From NCBI GenBank assembly GCA_037440005.1, contig JBBIUY010000006.1, positions 1 through 64,000 on the forward strand: a DNA stretch of 64,000 nt. The letters are read 5' to 3'. Position numbers and translations under genes: made by a program. The DNA comes from Armatimonadota bacterium. GTDB taxonomy: Bacteria > Sysuimicrobiota > Sysuimicrobiia > Sysuimicrobiales > Kaftiobacteriaceae. Below the pieces are notes generated by a model. It worked only from the letters and a program-made list of their open reading frames with translations, ran no database searches and was not told the origin of the DNA. Positions 20,367 through 32,150 of this stretch are shown here, piece by piece; position 1 is the first letter of the stretch, and each line of letters opens with the position of its first letter.

Positions 20367-20994
20367 CCCTCCCGCGCCGCGCCCGCCGCCGCGGGGTCCC
20401 CGGCTCCTCGTCCCCGGGTCCGGACGGGCACCCCGGCCAGAGTCAGGAAGTTGGCCAGCAGGTCCTTGCCGCAGGCCGTCAGGACCGACTCGGGGTGAAA
20501 CTGCACGCCCTCCACCGGGGCGCGGCGGTGGCGCACTCCCATCACCGTCCCGTCGGACAGCCAGGCGGACACCTCCAGGTCCGGCGGGAGGGTCTCGCGG
20601 TCCACCACCAGGGAGTGGTAGCGGCCCGCCACCAGGGGGGAGGGCAGGCCCGCGAAGATGGTGCGCCCGTCGTGGTGGACCGGGGACGCCTTCCCGTGCA
20701 CGGGCCGGGGCGCCCGCACCACCTTCCCGCCGAAGGCGGCCCCGATGCACTGATGGCCCAGGCACACCCCCAGCACGGGGATCCGGCCGGCCAGGGCGGT
20801 CACGAGGGCCGTGGAGATCCCGGCCTCGGCGGGGGTGCACGGCCCCGGAGAGATGACCACGGCCTGGGGCTGCAGAGCCAGCACGTCGGCGGGGGTGGTC
20901 CGGTCGTTGCGGAAGACCACCACCTCCCCGGCCAGCTCGCCCAGGTACTGGACCAGGTTGTAGGCGAACGAGTCGTAGTTGTCGATGACCACGA

Positions 20995-20998
<4 letters not shown>
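20363..20998 (-). CDS. trpG: Anthranilate synthase component II (glutamine amidotransferase)
   Basis: IDNYDSF, SPGPCTP, GVCLGHQ, QFHPES. Confidence 0.95.
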
Positions 20999-22491
<1,493 letters not shown>

Positions 22492-22504
22492 CGCAGCCCG
22501 CCCC

Positions 22505-23344
22505 CTACCCCTCCGCCCCGCCCGCCCGCGCCCTCACCCGGCGCAGCAGGGTCTCCAGCGACTCCTCCCCGGCCAGGGCCCTGTCCAGGCGGTCCAGCTC
22601 CCGGCGGAAGCGGGCCAGGGCGTCGGCGATGGCCTCCCGGTTGGCCCGGCAGATCTGCACCCACAGCTCCACCGGACTGCTGGCCACCCGTCGGAAGGCC
22701 TCAAAAGTCGGCCCGGCGACGTCCACGGCCCGGTCGCCGGCGGCCGCCACCAGGGCCGCGGCCGCCAGGTAGGGAAGGTGGCTGACCTGCGCCACCAGGA
22801 CGTCGTGGTCCTCGGGAGACAGCAGCACCGGCTGCATGCCCACCCGTTCCGCCAGGTCGGTCATGACGGCCACCGCCGCGGGGTCGGTGCGCTCGGTGGG
22901 CGTGAGGACGAACGGACGGCCGGCCAGCAGACCGGCGTCGGCGCGATGGGGCCCCTGTCCTTCCGACCCCGCCATGGGGTGGCCGCCGATGTACCGCACC
23001 CGCGCCGGCAGCCGCCGGTCCAGGTCCCGGACGATCGCGGCTTTGACGCTGGCCACATCGCACAGCACCGCCCCCGGCGGCACCACCGCCGCGGCCTGCA
23101 GGGCGACCTCCGTCACCGCCTCGGGCGGCACGGCCACCACCACCACCTCGGCTGTCCGCAGCACGTCCAGGCCGTCGCTGGCTTCGTCCACGGCCCCGAT
23201 CCCGCGGGCCGTCTCCCGTGCCTGCGGGTCGATATCCACACCCACCACCCGCCGGGCGGCCCCCCGGCGGCGCACGGCCAGCCCCAGGGAGGCGCCGATC
23301 AGGCCCGTGCCCACGATGCCGACCGTGCCCAGGGGCTCGCTCAC
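22505..23344 (-). CDS. tyrA: Prephenate/arogenate dehydrogenase
   Basis: [28 protein letters not shown]. Confidence 0.9.
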   Translation of the reverse strand: MSEPLGTVGIVGTGLIGASLGLAVRRRGAARRVVGVDIDPQARETARGIGAVDEASDGLDVLRTAEVVVVAVPPEAVTEVALQAAAVVPPGAVLCDVASVKAAIVRDLDRRLPARVRYIGGHPMAGSEGQGPHRADAGLLAGRPFVLTPTERTDPAAVAVMTDLAERVGMQPVLLSPEDHDVLVAQVSHLPYLAAAALVAAAGDRAVDVAGPTFEAFRRVASSPVELWVQICRANREAIADALARFRRELDRLDRALAGEESLETLLRRVRARAGGAEG

Positions 23345-24438
23345 CGGCCGGGATCCCCGCCGCGGCCTGTGGCGGCCGGAGACGACGGTGCGGCGCGGCC
23401 GGCGTCCCCGGCCGGCTGCTGGATCCTCCGCCCCAGGGAGGCGGCCAGCGGCCGGATCTCGGCCATCAGGGCGGCGAAGTCCTCCGGGGTCAGCTGCTGG
23501 GGGCCGTCGCTGCGGGCCTTCTCCGGGTCGGGGTGGACCTCGATGATCAGCCCGTCGGCGCCGGCGGCCACCGCAGCCCGGGACAGGGCCCCCACGTACC
23601 GCCTCTTGCCGGTGGCCTGGCTGGGGTCCACGATCACCGGCAGGTGGGTGAGCTCCTTGAGCACCGGGACGGCGCTGAGGTCCAGCAGGTAGCGGGTGTG
23701 GTTGTCAAAGCCGCGGATGCCGCGCTCGCAGAGGACCACCTGGTAGTTGCCCTCGTTCATGATGTATTCGGCCGCCAGCAGCAGCTCCTGGATGGTGGCG
23801 CTGGGCCCGCGCTTGAGCAGCACCGGGTGGCGGGTCCGGCCCACCTCCCGCAGCAGGGTGTAGTTCTGCATGTTGCGGGCGCCGATCTGGACCATGTCGG
23901 CGTAGCGCACCACCAGCTGGAGCTGGTGGGCGTCCATGGCCTCGGTCACCACCGGCAGCCCGGTCTGGCGCCGCGCCTCGGCCAGGTAGCGCAGCCCCTC
24001 CTCCTCCAGCCCCTGGAACGAGTACGGCGACGTGCGCGGCTTGAACGCGCCGCCCCGCAGCATCACCGCGCCGGAGGCCTTCACCGCCCGCGCCGTCTGG
24101 ACGATCATCTCCAGGCCCTCCACCGAGCAGGGCCCGGCGATGACGGTCACGGCGCCGTCCCCGAACCGCACCCCCTGCACGTCCACCACGGTGTTGTCGG
24201 GCTTGAACTCGCGGCTGACCAGCTTGAAGGGCTGCAGGATGGGGACGACCTTCTCCACCCCCGGGGTGGCCTCCAGGGACTGGCGCAGCAGCTCCTTGGT
24301 GTGGCTGTCGCCCACTACGCCGATGACGGTGCGCTCGACGCCCACCGACAGGTGGGTGCCCAGCCCCGCGTCCTGGATCTTGCGGACCACCGCGTCGATC
24401 TGCTCGCGGGTCGCCCGTGGCTCCATCACGACGATCAT
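23341..24438 (-). CDS. aroF: DAHP synthase type I-beta with N-terminal regulatory domain
   Basis: MIVVM start, [31 protein letters not shown]. Confidence 0.93.
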   Translation of the reverse strand: MIVVMEPRATREQIDAVVRKIQDAGLGTHLSVGVERTVIGVVGDSHTKELLRQSLEATPGVEKVVPILQPFKLVSREFKPDNTVVDVQGVRFGDGAVTVIAGPCSVEGLEMIVQTARAVKASGAVMLRGGAFKPRTSPYSFQGLEEEGLRYLAEARRQTGLPVVTEAMDAHQLQLVVRYADMVQIGARNMQNYTLLREVGRTRHPVLLKRGPSATIQELLLAAEYIMNEGNYQVVLCERGIRGFDNHTRYLLDLSAVPVLKELTHLPVIVDPSQATGKRRYVGALSRAAVAAGADGLIIEVHPDPEKARSDGPQQLTPEDFAALMAEIRPLAASLGRRIQQPAGDAGRAAPSSPAATGRGGDPGR

Positions 24439-24489
24439 GGTCTTTCCCCCCCGCCCGCCGTCCCATCCCCTCAAGCCGCACCGGTCCCG

Positions 24490-24780
24490 CATAAACGCCA
24501 ACACCTCCCGCCCCCATGGGGCGAGAGGTGTCCACTGTCCTCCCGCGGTGCCACCCGGATTCCGGCCGGACGTCCCGGCCGGCACTCGGCCCGGAACCGG
24601 AGCCAGCCCGGTTCCGTCTCCGGAGATCTCGGCGGAGTTCCGGCGCAGCCTACGTCCCCGCCTTCGCGGGGTTCGGTGCGCGCCTTGCGGGCCCATTCCC
24701 TCGCCGGCGGCTGCCGCGTTTCACCTGCCGCGGCTCTCTGGGGAGTCCGACCGGCGGGTACTCCTCCCGCGCATCGGCTC
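24490..24780 (-). ncRNA. T-box riboswitch, Trp-specific
   Basis: Minus strand: stem I with AGTA, AGAGA and GGTGAA motifs; specifier GAA-TGG (TGG at 24695-24693); T-box AATCCGGGTGGCACCGCG near 24544-24561; terminator CACCTCTCGCCCC..GGGGCGGGAGGTG-TTGGCGTTT. Confidence 0.9.
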
Positions 24781-24799
24781 TGTGAAATTGGTACTGCGT

Positions 24800-24808
24800 A
24801 TTATAGCA
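24800..24808 (-). promoter_or_regulatory. Extended -10 promoter of the T-box leader
   Basis: TGCTATAAT on the minus strand just upstream of stem I. Confidence 0.75.
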
Positions 24809-24826
24809 CGTCTGTCAAGGACGGGA

Positions 24827-26104
24827 TCATCCCGCCCGCACGGCCTCCAGCGCCGCGGGGAAGTCCGGGAAGGAGACCGCCACCGCCTCGGCCCCGGCCA
24901 CGGTGACTGGTGCGTCGGCCAGCAGGCCCGCCACGGCGAACGCCATGGCCACCCGGTGGTCCCCCGCGCAGTCCACCCGCCCCCCGCCCAGCCGCCCGCC
25001 GCGGATGCGCAGGCCGTCGGGCCGTTCCTCCACGTCGGCGCCCAGCCGGCGCAGCCCGGCGGCCATCACCGCGATCCGGTCGGACTCCTTGACCCGCAGC
25101 TCGGCCGCGTCGGCGATCTCGGTAACCCCCTCGGCGACCGCGGCGATCACGCACAGCACCGGCAGCTCGTCGATCACCGCCGGGATCGCCTCCCCCGCCA
25201 GGCGCACCCCCCGCAGCCGCCGCCCCCGCACCACCACGTCGGCCACCGGCTCCCCGCACACGTCCCGCCGGTTGCGCACCTCGACCTCCGCGCCCATGGC
25301 GCGCAGCGCCTCCAGCACCCCCGTCCGGGTGGGGTTGACGCCCACGGCCGGAGCCACCACGTCCGAGCCCGGCCGCGCGGCCGCCGCGGCCAGCAGGAAC
25401 GCCGCCGAGGAGATGTCCCCGGGCACCTCCACCCGGTCGGCCCTCGGCCGGCGGGGCCGCACCGTCACCCGGTCGCCGCGGCGGCGGACCGGGACGCCCA
25501 GCCAGGAGAGCAGCCGCTCGGTGTGGTCGCGGGTCGGCACCGGCTCCACCACCGTGGTCTCGCCCCGGGCGAACAGCCCCGCCAGCAGAACCGCGGACTT
25601 GACCTGGGCGCTGGGGACGGGCAGGCGGTAGGTGATCGCCCGCAGGGGTCCTCCGGTGATGCGCAGGGGTGGGTACCGTCCGTCTCCCAGGACCTCCACC
25701 TGCGCCCCCATCCGCCGCAGGGGCTCCGCCACCCGGTCCATGGGGCGGCGGCGCAACGACTCATCCCCCGTGACCTCGGCGGTGAACGGCTGCCCGGCGA
25801 GGAGGCCGGCCAGCAGGCGCATGGTGGTGCCCGAGTTGCCGGCGTCCAGGGTCTGCGACGGGGGCCGCAGGCGGCCGCCGCAGCCCGCCACGGTCACCGT
25901 GGTCCCCTCCCGGTGCACCTCCACGCCCAAGGCGCGCAGGCAGGACAGGGTGGACAGGCAGTCGGCGGAGGGCAGGAAGTTGGCGATGGTGGTCTCGCCC
26001 GCGGCCAGGGCGCCCAGCAGGGCGGCGCGGTGGGAGATGGACTTGTCCCCGCCCACCCGGACCTCTCCGCGCAGGGCGCCCGCCGGGACCACCGTCAGGT
26101 CCAT
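24827..26104 (-). CDS. aroA: EPSP synthase
   Basis: GDKSISHR, DAGNSGTT, SAQVKSA, RDHTE, KESDR, DHRVAM. Confidence 0.96.
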   Translation of the reverse strand: MDLTVVPAGALRGEVRVGGDKSISHRAALLGALAAGETTIANFLPSADCLSTLSCLRALGVEVHREGTTVTVAGCGGRLRPPSQTLDAGNSGTTMRLLAGLLAGQPFTAEVTGDESLRRRPMDRVAEPLRRMGAQVEVLGDGRYPPLRITGGPLRAITYRLPVPSAQVKSAVLLAGLFARGETTVVEPVPTRDHTERLLSWLGVPVRRRGDRVTVRPRRPRADRVEVPGDISSAAFLLAAAAARPGSDVVAPAVGVNPTRTGVLEALRAMGAEVEVRNRRDVCGEPVADVVVRGRRLRGVRLAGEAIPAVIDELPVLCVIAAVAEGVTEIADAAELRVKESDRIAVMAAGLRRLGADVEERPDGLRIRGGRLGGGRVDCAGDHRVAMAFAVAGLLADAPVTVAGAEAVAVSFPDFPAALEAVRAG

Positions 26105-26105
26105 C

Positions 26106-26480
26106 TCAGCGCCTGTCCCGCCCGGTCAGGTCCGGCCGCAGCGCCTGCGCTCCGCGCAGGTAGACGTGGACGACCTCCTCCTGGGCGCGGGCGGTGTTCC
26201 ACAGCACCAGGACCCGGATGCAGCGGGGCAGGGAGCCGGGGACGGCGATCTCGGTGGCCGACAGCAGCGGCACGGACGTCCACCGCAGCTGCCGCGCCGC
26301 CTCGGCGGGAAACGCGGCCGTGAGGTCGGGGGTGGCGGTGAAGAGGATGGCGGCGATCTCGTCGGGCTCCACGTTGTTGGCCTCCGCCATCCGCACCAGC
26401 AGCTCCCGGGTGGCCTCCAGAATGGCGTCTTCGGAGTTGTCGTCGGCGGTGGTGGCGCCGCGGATGCCGCGGATGTGCAT
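26106..26480 (-). CDS. aroH: Chorismate mutase, AroH class
   Basis: IRGIRGATT, FPAEAAR, CIRVL, LRPDL. Confidence 0.92.
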   Translation of the reverse strand: MHIRGIRGATTADDNSEDAILEATRELLVRMAEANNVEPDEIAAILFTATPDLTAAFPAEAARQLRWTSVPLLSATEIAVPGSLPRCIRVLVLWNTARAQEEVVHVYLRGAQALRPDLTGRDRR

Positions 26481-26509
26481 GGTCTCTCCCGCCCGCAGGA
26501 AGGCCCGCC

Positions 26510-26962
26510 TCAGGGCGGCGCCGGCCGGGCCCCGGCCAGGTCTGCGGCGGCCCGCAGCCCCAGCAGGAAACTGCCGACCCCGAAGCCGGCGATCAGACCC
26601 CGGCACGCCGGCGCCAGGACCAGCGCGCTCCGGAATCCGCCCCGGGCCAGGACGTTGGTCATGTGCACCTCGACCACGGGGATCCCGATGGCCGCCACCG
26701 CATCCCGCAGGGCGTAGCTGTAGTGGGAGAGGGCGCCGGCGTTGAGGACCACCGCGTCGGCGGTCCGCCGGGCCTCCTGGAGGCGGTCGATGAGGGCGCC
26801 CTCGCTGTTGGAGTGGAAGAACTCCACCTCCACCCCCAGCTCCGCCGCCAGGGCGCTCACCGCCCGGCGGACGTCGTCGAGGGTGTGGCGGCCGTAGACC
26901 TCCGGCTCGCGCTCACCGAGCAGGTTGAGGTTGGGCCCGAACACCACCAGAATCCGCGGCAC
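26510..26962 (-). CDS. aroQ: Type II 3-dehydroquinate dehydratase
   Basis: GPNLNLLGEREPEVYG, SNSEG, EVHMTN. Confidence 0.93.
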   Translation of the reverse strand: MPRILVVFGPNLNLLGEREPEVYGRHTLDDVRRAVSALAAELGVEVEFFHSNSEGALIDRLQEARRTADAVVLNAGALSHYSYALRDAVAAIGIPVVEVHMTNVLARGGFRSALVLAPACRGLIAGFGVGSFLLGLRAAADLAGARPAPP

Positions 26963-28541
26963 CGGCCAGGACCTCCCTGACCACGGCCTCCGGCACTTCC
27001 TGTTCGCCCCGCACGGCACCGATGCCTACCGGCAGCGCGAACCGCAGGACGCCCCGGCGGACCTTCTTGTCCAGCCGCAGGGCGCGCAGCAGGCGATCCC
27101 GCCGCAGCGGGGGCAACCGGGTGGGCAGCCCGCACCGCTCCAGCAGAGCGCGCTGGCGCTCCGCCACCTGGGCGTCCACCAGCCCCAGCCGATGCGCCAG
27201 GGCCGCCTCCAGCGTCATGCCGATGGCTACCGCCTCGCCGTGGGTCAGCCGCCCCCACCCGGCCGCGGCCTCCACCGCATGCCCCAGGGTGTGGCCGTAG
27301 TTGAGGGCGTGCCGGGGCCCCAGGTCGCGCTCGTCGGCCTCCACCACCTTCGCCTTGACCGCCGCGCAGCGGGAGACGACCTCCACGAGAGCCGCCGGGT
27401 CGCGGCCCAGAACGGCGGGCAGGTGCGCCTCCAGGTAGCCGAACAGGTCCGGGTCGCCGATGACCGCCGTCTTGACCGCCTCCGCCAGGCCGCTGCGCAG
27501 CTCGCGGTCGGGCAGCGTGGCCAGCCACTCCACGTCGCAGACGACCAGGGCGGGCTGGTGGAACGCCCCCACCAGGTTTTTCGCGCCGGCGTGGTTGACC
27601 GCCGCCTTGCCGCCGATGCTGCTGTCCACCATGGCCAGCAGCGTGGTGGGCGCCTGCACCAGCCGCAGGCCCCGCATGTAGGTGGCGGCCACGAACCCGG
27701 CCAGATCTCCCACCACCCCGCCCCCCAGCGCCACCACCGTGGCGTCCCGCGCCACCTGCGCCCGGGCCAGGGCCGTGTACAGCCGGCCGGCGGATGCAAG
27801 GCTTTTGGTGCGCTCTCCCGGCGGCACCGCCAGCACCGTCACCCGGTAGCCGGCCGCCCGCACCGCCCGCAGGAGGCGCGCCCCCGGCCCGCGCAGCAGG
27901 TGCCGGTGGGTGACGACCGCCACCTGCGGGCCGGCACCCAGCGCCTCCAGATCGGCCCCCAGCAGGGAGACGATCCCCTCGCCGACGTGCACCGGATAGC
28001 CGCGGTCGCCCAGCCGCACCGGCACCGTCCGCCTCTCCCGACGGGCCAGAAACTCCAGGACGGCGTCCACCACCTGATCGGGGGTCACCGACGAGACGTC
28101 CACCACCAGGTCGGCGTCCCGGTACAGCGGCCGGCGCTGGTCCAGCAGCCGCCCCACCGCCTCCCGCACGTCGCCCCCGCTCAACAGAGGCCGCCCGCGG
28201 CCGTCTCCCAGCCGGCGGGCGAGCACCTCCGCCGGAGCGGTGAGGGCCACCACCCACCCCGACCGCCGCAGGCGCGCCATGTTCTCCGCCCGCAGGACCA
28301 CCCCGCCGCCCGTGGCCACCACGGTCCGCCAGCGGCCGGCCACCTCCGCCACCACGGCGGCCTCCACGTCCCGGAAGTACCCTTCGCCCCGCCGGGCGAA
28401 GATCCGGGCGACCGGGGCTCCCTCGCGGGCCTCGATGGCGCGGTCGGTGTCCACGAACGCCCACCCCAGGCGTCGGGCCAGCCGCCGGCCCACCTCGCTC
28501 TTGCCGGTCCCCATGAACCCGATCAGGACCACGTTGCGCAC
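26913..28541 (-). CDS. aroKB: Fused shikimate kinase / 3-dehydroquinate synthase (AroK-AroB)
   Basis: N-terminal GFMGTGKS P-loop and ATGGG; C-terminal GGGVVGDLAGF, DSSIGGK, LNYGHTLGHA. Confidence 0.93.
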   Translation of the reverse strand: MRNVVLIGFMGTGKSEVGRRLARRLGWAFVDTDRAIEAREGAPVARIFARRGEGYFRDVEAAVVAEVAGRWRTVVATGGGVVLRAENMARLRRSGWVVALTAPAEVLARRLGDGRGRPLLSGGDVREAVGRLLDQRRPLYRDADLVVDVSSVTPDQVVDAVLEFLARRERRTVPVRLGDRGYPVHVGEGIVSLLGADLEALGAGPQVAVVTHRHLLRGPGARLLRAVRAAGYRVTVLAVPPGERTKSLASAGRLYTALARAQVARDATVVALGGGVVGDLAGFVAATYMRGLRLVQAPTTLLAMVDSSIGGKAAVNHAGAKNLVGAFHQPALVVCDVEWLATLPDRELRSGLAEAVKTAVIGDPDLFGYLEAHLPAVLGRDPAALVEVVSRCAAVKAKVVEADERDLGPRHALNYGHTLGHAVEAAAGWGRLTHGEAVAIGMTLEAALAHRLGLVDAQVAERQRALLERCGLPTRLPPLRRDRLLRALRLDKKVRRGVLRFALPVGIGAVRGEQEVPEAVVREVLAGAADSGGVRAQPQPAR

Positions 28542-28594
28542 GGCCGGTCACTCCGCGCGGCCGCCGGCTCCCGCCGCGTGCCCGCGCCTGAGAT

Positions 28595-28651
28595 CCCCCC
28601 TCACCCTCGCCCGCTCTCCCGGGGGGAGAGGGAAGGTGTCTGGGGTGTCGC
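28595..28651. repeat. REP-like hairpin copy 3
   Basis: CCCCTCACCCTCGCCCGCTCTCCCGGGGGGAGAGGGAAGGTGTCTGGGGTGTCGCG, matching copies 1 and 2. Confidence 0.8.
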
Positions 28652-28659
28652 GTTTGCGC

Positions 28660-29787
28660 TCACAGGGCGCGCACCCGCTCCATGTACGCCGCCCACGCCG
28701 CCCGGATGTCGGCCAGACTGTCCGCGCCGAACTTTTCCAGGAAGGCGTCGGCCAGCACGTACGCCACCATGGCCTCGGCCACCACGCCGGCGGCCGGCAC
28801 GGCGCAGACGTCGCTGCGCACCACGGTGGCGGTGGCGGGCTCCTTGGTGACCAGGTCCACCGAGCGCAGGGGGTGCATGAGGGTGGACAGAGGTTTCATC
28901 GCGCCGCGCACCACCAGGGGGCCTCCCGTGGTGACGCCGCCTTCGGTCCCCCCGGACCTGTGGGTCTCCCGGTACAGGCCCCTGTGGGGGTCCCAGAAGA
29001 TCTCGTCGTGGGCCGCCGACCCCGGCCCGCGGGCGATCTCGAAGGCCCGCCCGATCTCCACGCCCTTGACCGCGTGGACCGACGCCACCGCCTGGGCCAG
29101 GCGTCCGTCCAGGCGGCGGTCCCAGTGCACGTAGCTGCCCAGCCCCGGCGGCACGCCCAGGGCCACCACCTCGAACACCCCTCCCAGGGTGTCGCCGCGG
29201 CGGCGGGCGTCCTCGATGGCCTGGCGCATGCGCGCTTCGGCCTCGGCGTCGGCGCACCGCAACTCGGACGCTTCGGCCGCCGCCGGAATGTCCTCCCACC
29301 GCTCGGGGCGGGCGGTGGCGGCGATGCCTCCGATCTCCACCACGTGGCTGAAGATGGTGATGCCGAACTCCCCCAGCAGCTTCCGGCAGACGGCGCCCAC
29401 GGCCACCCGCGCCGCCGTCTCCCGGGCGCTGGCCCGCTCCAGCGCCCGGCGGGCGTCGGCGAACCCGTACTTCTGGACGCCCACCAGGTCGGCGTGGCCG
29501 GGCCGCGGCCGGGTGAGGGGAGGCTCTCCGGTGCGCACGTCCCGGTTCTCGATCCGCAGGGCCACGGGGGCGCCGGTGGTCTCTCCGCCCATGACACCCG
29601 AGAGGATCTCCACCGCATCGGTCTCCAGCTTCATGCGGCCGCTGCGGCCGAATCCCTGTCTCCGGCGCGCCAGCTGCGGGAGGATGTCGTCCTCGCTGAG
29701 GGCCAGTCCCGCCGGCATCCCCTCCAGGATGGCCACCAGGGCGCGCCCGTGGGACTCGCCGGCGGTCAGAAACCGCAGCACGGCCAT
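28660..29787 (-). CDS. aroC: Chorismate synthase
   Basis: TAGESHG, PRPGHAD, SARETAARVA, RSDVC. Confidence 0.96.
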   Translation of the reverse strand: MAVLRFLTAGESHGRALVAILEGMPAGLALSEDDILPQLARRRQGFGRSGRMKLETDAVEILSGVMGGETTGAPVALRIENRDVRTGEPPLTRPRPGHADLVGVQKYGFADARRALERASARETAARVAVGAVCRKLLGEFGITIFSHVVEIGGIAATARPERWEDIPAAAEASELRCADAEAEARMRQAIEDARRRGDTLGGVFEVVALGVPPGLGSYVHWDRRLDGRLAQAVASVHAVKGVEIGRAFEIARGPGSAAHDEIFWDPHRGLYRETHRSGGTEGGVTTGGPLVVRGAMKPLSTLMHPLRSVDLVTKEPATATVVRSDVCAVPAAGVVAEAMVAYVLADAFLEKFGADSLADIRAAWAAYMERVRAL

Positions 29788-29789
29788 CG

Positions 29790-30665
29790 TCAGTCCCACC
29801 CCACCGCCCGGCGCATCGCGTCCACCGGAGCCGGGCGTCCCGTCCAGATCTCGAAACTGCGCGCGCCCTGGCAGACCAGCAGGGCCAGCCCGCTCACCGC
29901 CCGCGCGCCGGCCGCCTCAGCCGCCCGAAGCAGGGCCGTCCGCGCGGGCCTGTACACCATGTCCAGGACCACCGTCCCGGGGCGGAGGCCCTCGGCCAGC
30001 GCCTCCTGCCACCCGGCCTGCGGCGGGGAGGAAGACCCCCCGGCCTCCAGGGACGCGGAGGTGGCGTGCACGACGACGTCGGAGGCCCGGACCGCCCGGC
30101 GGATCGCCTCCGGGGTCAGGTCCGCGACCTCCACCAGGCAGCCGGCGGCCGCCTGCTGCACCGCCCGGGCCGCAGCCTCCGCCCGCGAGCGGGTGCGGTT
30201 GGCGATCACCACCTGCCGCGCTCCCGCCTCCGCCAGCGCCACCGCCGCCGCCCGGCCCGCTCCCCCGGCGCCCAGGACCAGGGCGGTGCTGCCGGCCGGG
30301 CTGGCGCCCGCGCCGACCAGCGCGTCCAGCAGCCCCGGGACGTCGGTGTTGAAACCTTCCAGGCGCCCGCCGCGGATCCGGATGGTGTTCACCGCTCCCA
30401 CCCGCCGGGCCAGCGGGTCCAGGACGTCCACCGCCCGCGCCGCCGCCTCCTTGTGGGGGACGGTCACGTTCAATCCGGCCATCCCCAGCGCGGCCGCCCC
30501 CCGCAGCGCGACCGGCAGCGCGGCGGCGTCCACCCGGAACGCCACGTACCGCCAGTTCATCCCCAGGGCTTCAAAGGCGGCGTTGTGCATCGCCGGAGAC
30601 AGCGAGTGGGCCACCGGATCGCCCACCAGGCCCACCAAGGTTGTGAGGCCGTCGATGGCGGCCAT
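29790..30665 (-). CDS. aroE: Shikimate dehydrogenase
   Basis: HSLSPAMHN, NVTVPHK, GAVNT, NTD, GAGGAGRA, NRT. Confidence 0.95.
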   Translation of the reverse strand: MAAIDGLTTLVGLVGDPVAHSLSPAMHNAAFEALGMNWRYVAFRVDAAALPVALRGAAALGMAGLNVTVPHKEAAARAVDVLDPLARRVGAVNTIRIRGGRLEGFNTDVPGLLDALVGAGASPAGSTALVLGAGGAGRAAAVALAEAGARQVVIANRTRSRAEAAARAVQQAAAGCLVEVADLTPEAIRRAVRASDVVVHATSASLEAGGSSSPPQAGWQEALAEGLRPGTVVLDMVYRPARTALLRAAEAAGARAVSGLALLVCQGARSFEIWTGRPAPVDAMRRAVGWD

Positions 30666-30694
30666 TGGCACACATTATACCGGAGCCGCCGACG

Positions 30695-31321
30695 CTAGCG
30701 GCCGGACGCCGGCGCGGCCAGGTGGTCGGTGTCGTTGACCACCAGGACGCGGCCGCCGCCGCGGGCCACGTCCACCACGTTCACGCAGCCGTTGGACTGC
30801 TGCAGCCGCCAGTAGGACGCCAAAGGAGCGCCCAGCAGCGTCAGCAGCACCAGCCGGTTCACGCCCCCGTGGGCCACCACCGCCACGGCGGCCTGCGGGT
30901 GGGCCGCCGCGACGTCTCCCACCGCCTCCATCACCCGCCGTCGGGCCTCCTCCAGGTCCTCCGCGCCGGGGATGCGGACCAGGTCGGGCCGCACCCACCA
31001 CCGGGACAGCAGCGGCCCGTAGCGGCGCTCCACCTCTTCGGCGGGCAGGCCTTCCCACTCTCCGAAGGACACCTCCCGCAGCCCCTCCACCACCCGCGGC
31101 GCCAGCCCGCAGGCCTCGGCCACGATCCGGGCGGTCTGCAGGGCGCGCTGCAGAGGGCTGGCGTACACCGCCGCCAGCCCCGCCGACCGCAGCCGGCGGG
31201 CCAGACGACCGGCCTGCTCCACCCCCGCCTCCGACAGGGGCGGGTCGGCGACGCCCTGCCAGCGACGCTGCGCGTTCCAGGTGGACTCGCCGTGGCGGAC
31301 GAGGTAGATGCGGGTGGTCAC
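30695..31321 (-). CDS. Histidine phosphatase family protein
   Basis: LVRHGES, SPLQRA, FGEWEG, VAHGG. Confidence 0.9.
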   Translation of the reverse strand: MTTRIYLVRHGESTWNAQRRWQGVADPPLSEAGVEQAGRLARRLRSAGLAAVYASPLQRALQTARIVAEACGLAPRVVEGLREVSFGEWEGLPAEEVERRYGPLLSRWWVRPDLVRIPGAEDLEEARRRVMEAVGDVAAAHPQAAVAVVAHGGVNRLVLLTLLGAPLASYWRLQQSNGCVNVVDVARGGGRVLVVNDTDHLAAPASGR

Positions 31322-31821
31322 GGAGGCAGCGCAGCCGGCGCCGGCCGCCGGACGCCGAGGCAGCCCCCGCGGGTCACGGGGCTCCGCGGCGGCGGACCGG
31401 GCGCGCCCCCCCCACCGCGCGACTCCCGCCGGGAGGTGCGCCCGCGCATGGCGGCCAGGTACTGGCGGTAGTACTGCTCCACGGTCCGGCGGGAGATGCT
31501 CAGCGACGACGAGCTCTCGGGCCGGATGCCGCCGCTGAACGTGCGGGGGATGTGCAGCAGCTCGTGGATGATCACCCGGTCCTGCTCGTCCCGGCGGAGC
31601 CGGTCGAACGCCGGGACCATGAACTCGATCACGTAGTGGGCCGGGACTCGCAGCGCCCTCTGGAACACGGGCGGAAGTCCCCAGATCCGCGCCAGGGCGT
31701 TGGCCCGGGACCCGGTCACCCGCACGCACCGGATTCTGGACGCGTCGATGTAGTCCAGCCTGAGGGCGGCAACGATGCGGCGCAGCCGAGCGGCCAGGTC
31801 GCCGGCGGGATGCCACTGCAT
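31318..31821 (-). CDS. Putative metallopeptidase (HEXXH)
   Basis: ARIWGLP, YVIE, VIIHELLHIP. Confidence 0.75.
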   Translation of the reverse strand: MQWHPAGDLAARLRRIVAALRLDYIDASRIRCVRVTGSRANALARIWGLPPVFQRALRVPAHYVIEFMVPAFDRLRRDEQDRVIIHELLHIPRTFSGGIRPESSSSLSISRRTVEQYYRQYLAAMRGRTSRRESRGGGGAPGPPPRSPVTRGGCLGVRRPAPAALPP

Positions 31822-31913
31822 GGACGTCCGACCTCCGGGGTACACGGATACGTTGGACCCGCGCCGCGGCGAGTCCTGCCGGTCGTATCGCCCCGCGCCC
31901 CCGACGACGGACC

Positions 31914-32150
31914 TCAGCGGGGTGGCGGCGTCCCCGATGCGCGCCGGCCGTGGCGGGGACGCTCCAGCGGCCTCCACCGGGGACGCTCCTCCGGATCCAG
32001 CCGCCGGTAGCAGTCGCCGCAGAGCACCGCCCCCTCCTCCACGGCGGTCTCGTCGCGGTCGAGCAGCAGGTCCCGTTCGGTCCCCTCAAACCAGTCTGCA
32101 CCCGCCCTCGTCCCCCGCCGCCCGCAGACGGCGCACACCAGCGAGATCAT
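31914..32150 (-). CDS. Small CxxC..CxxC zinc-binding hypothetical protein (78 aa)
   Basis: MISLVCAVCG...VLCGDCY; ATG overlaps the AlaX stop; GGAGG RBS. Confidence 0.65.
   Translation of the reverse strand: MISLVCAVCGRRGTRAGADWFEGTERDLLLDRDETAVEEGAVLCGDCYRRLDPEERPRWRPLERPRHGRRASGTPPPR

Noticed and set aside
26913..28541. AroK-AroB fusion as a novelty
   Set aside because: This fusion is already known in several bacterial lineages.
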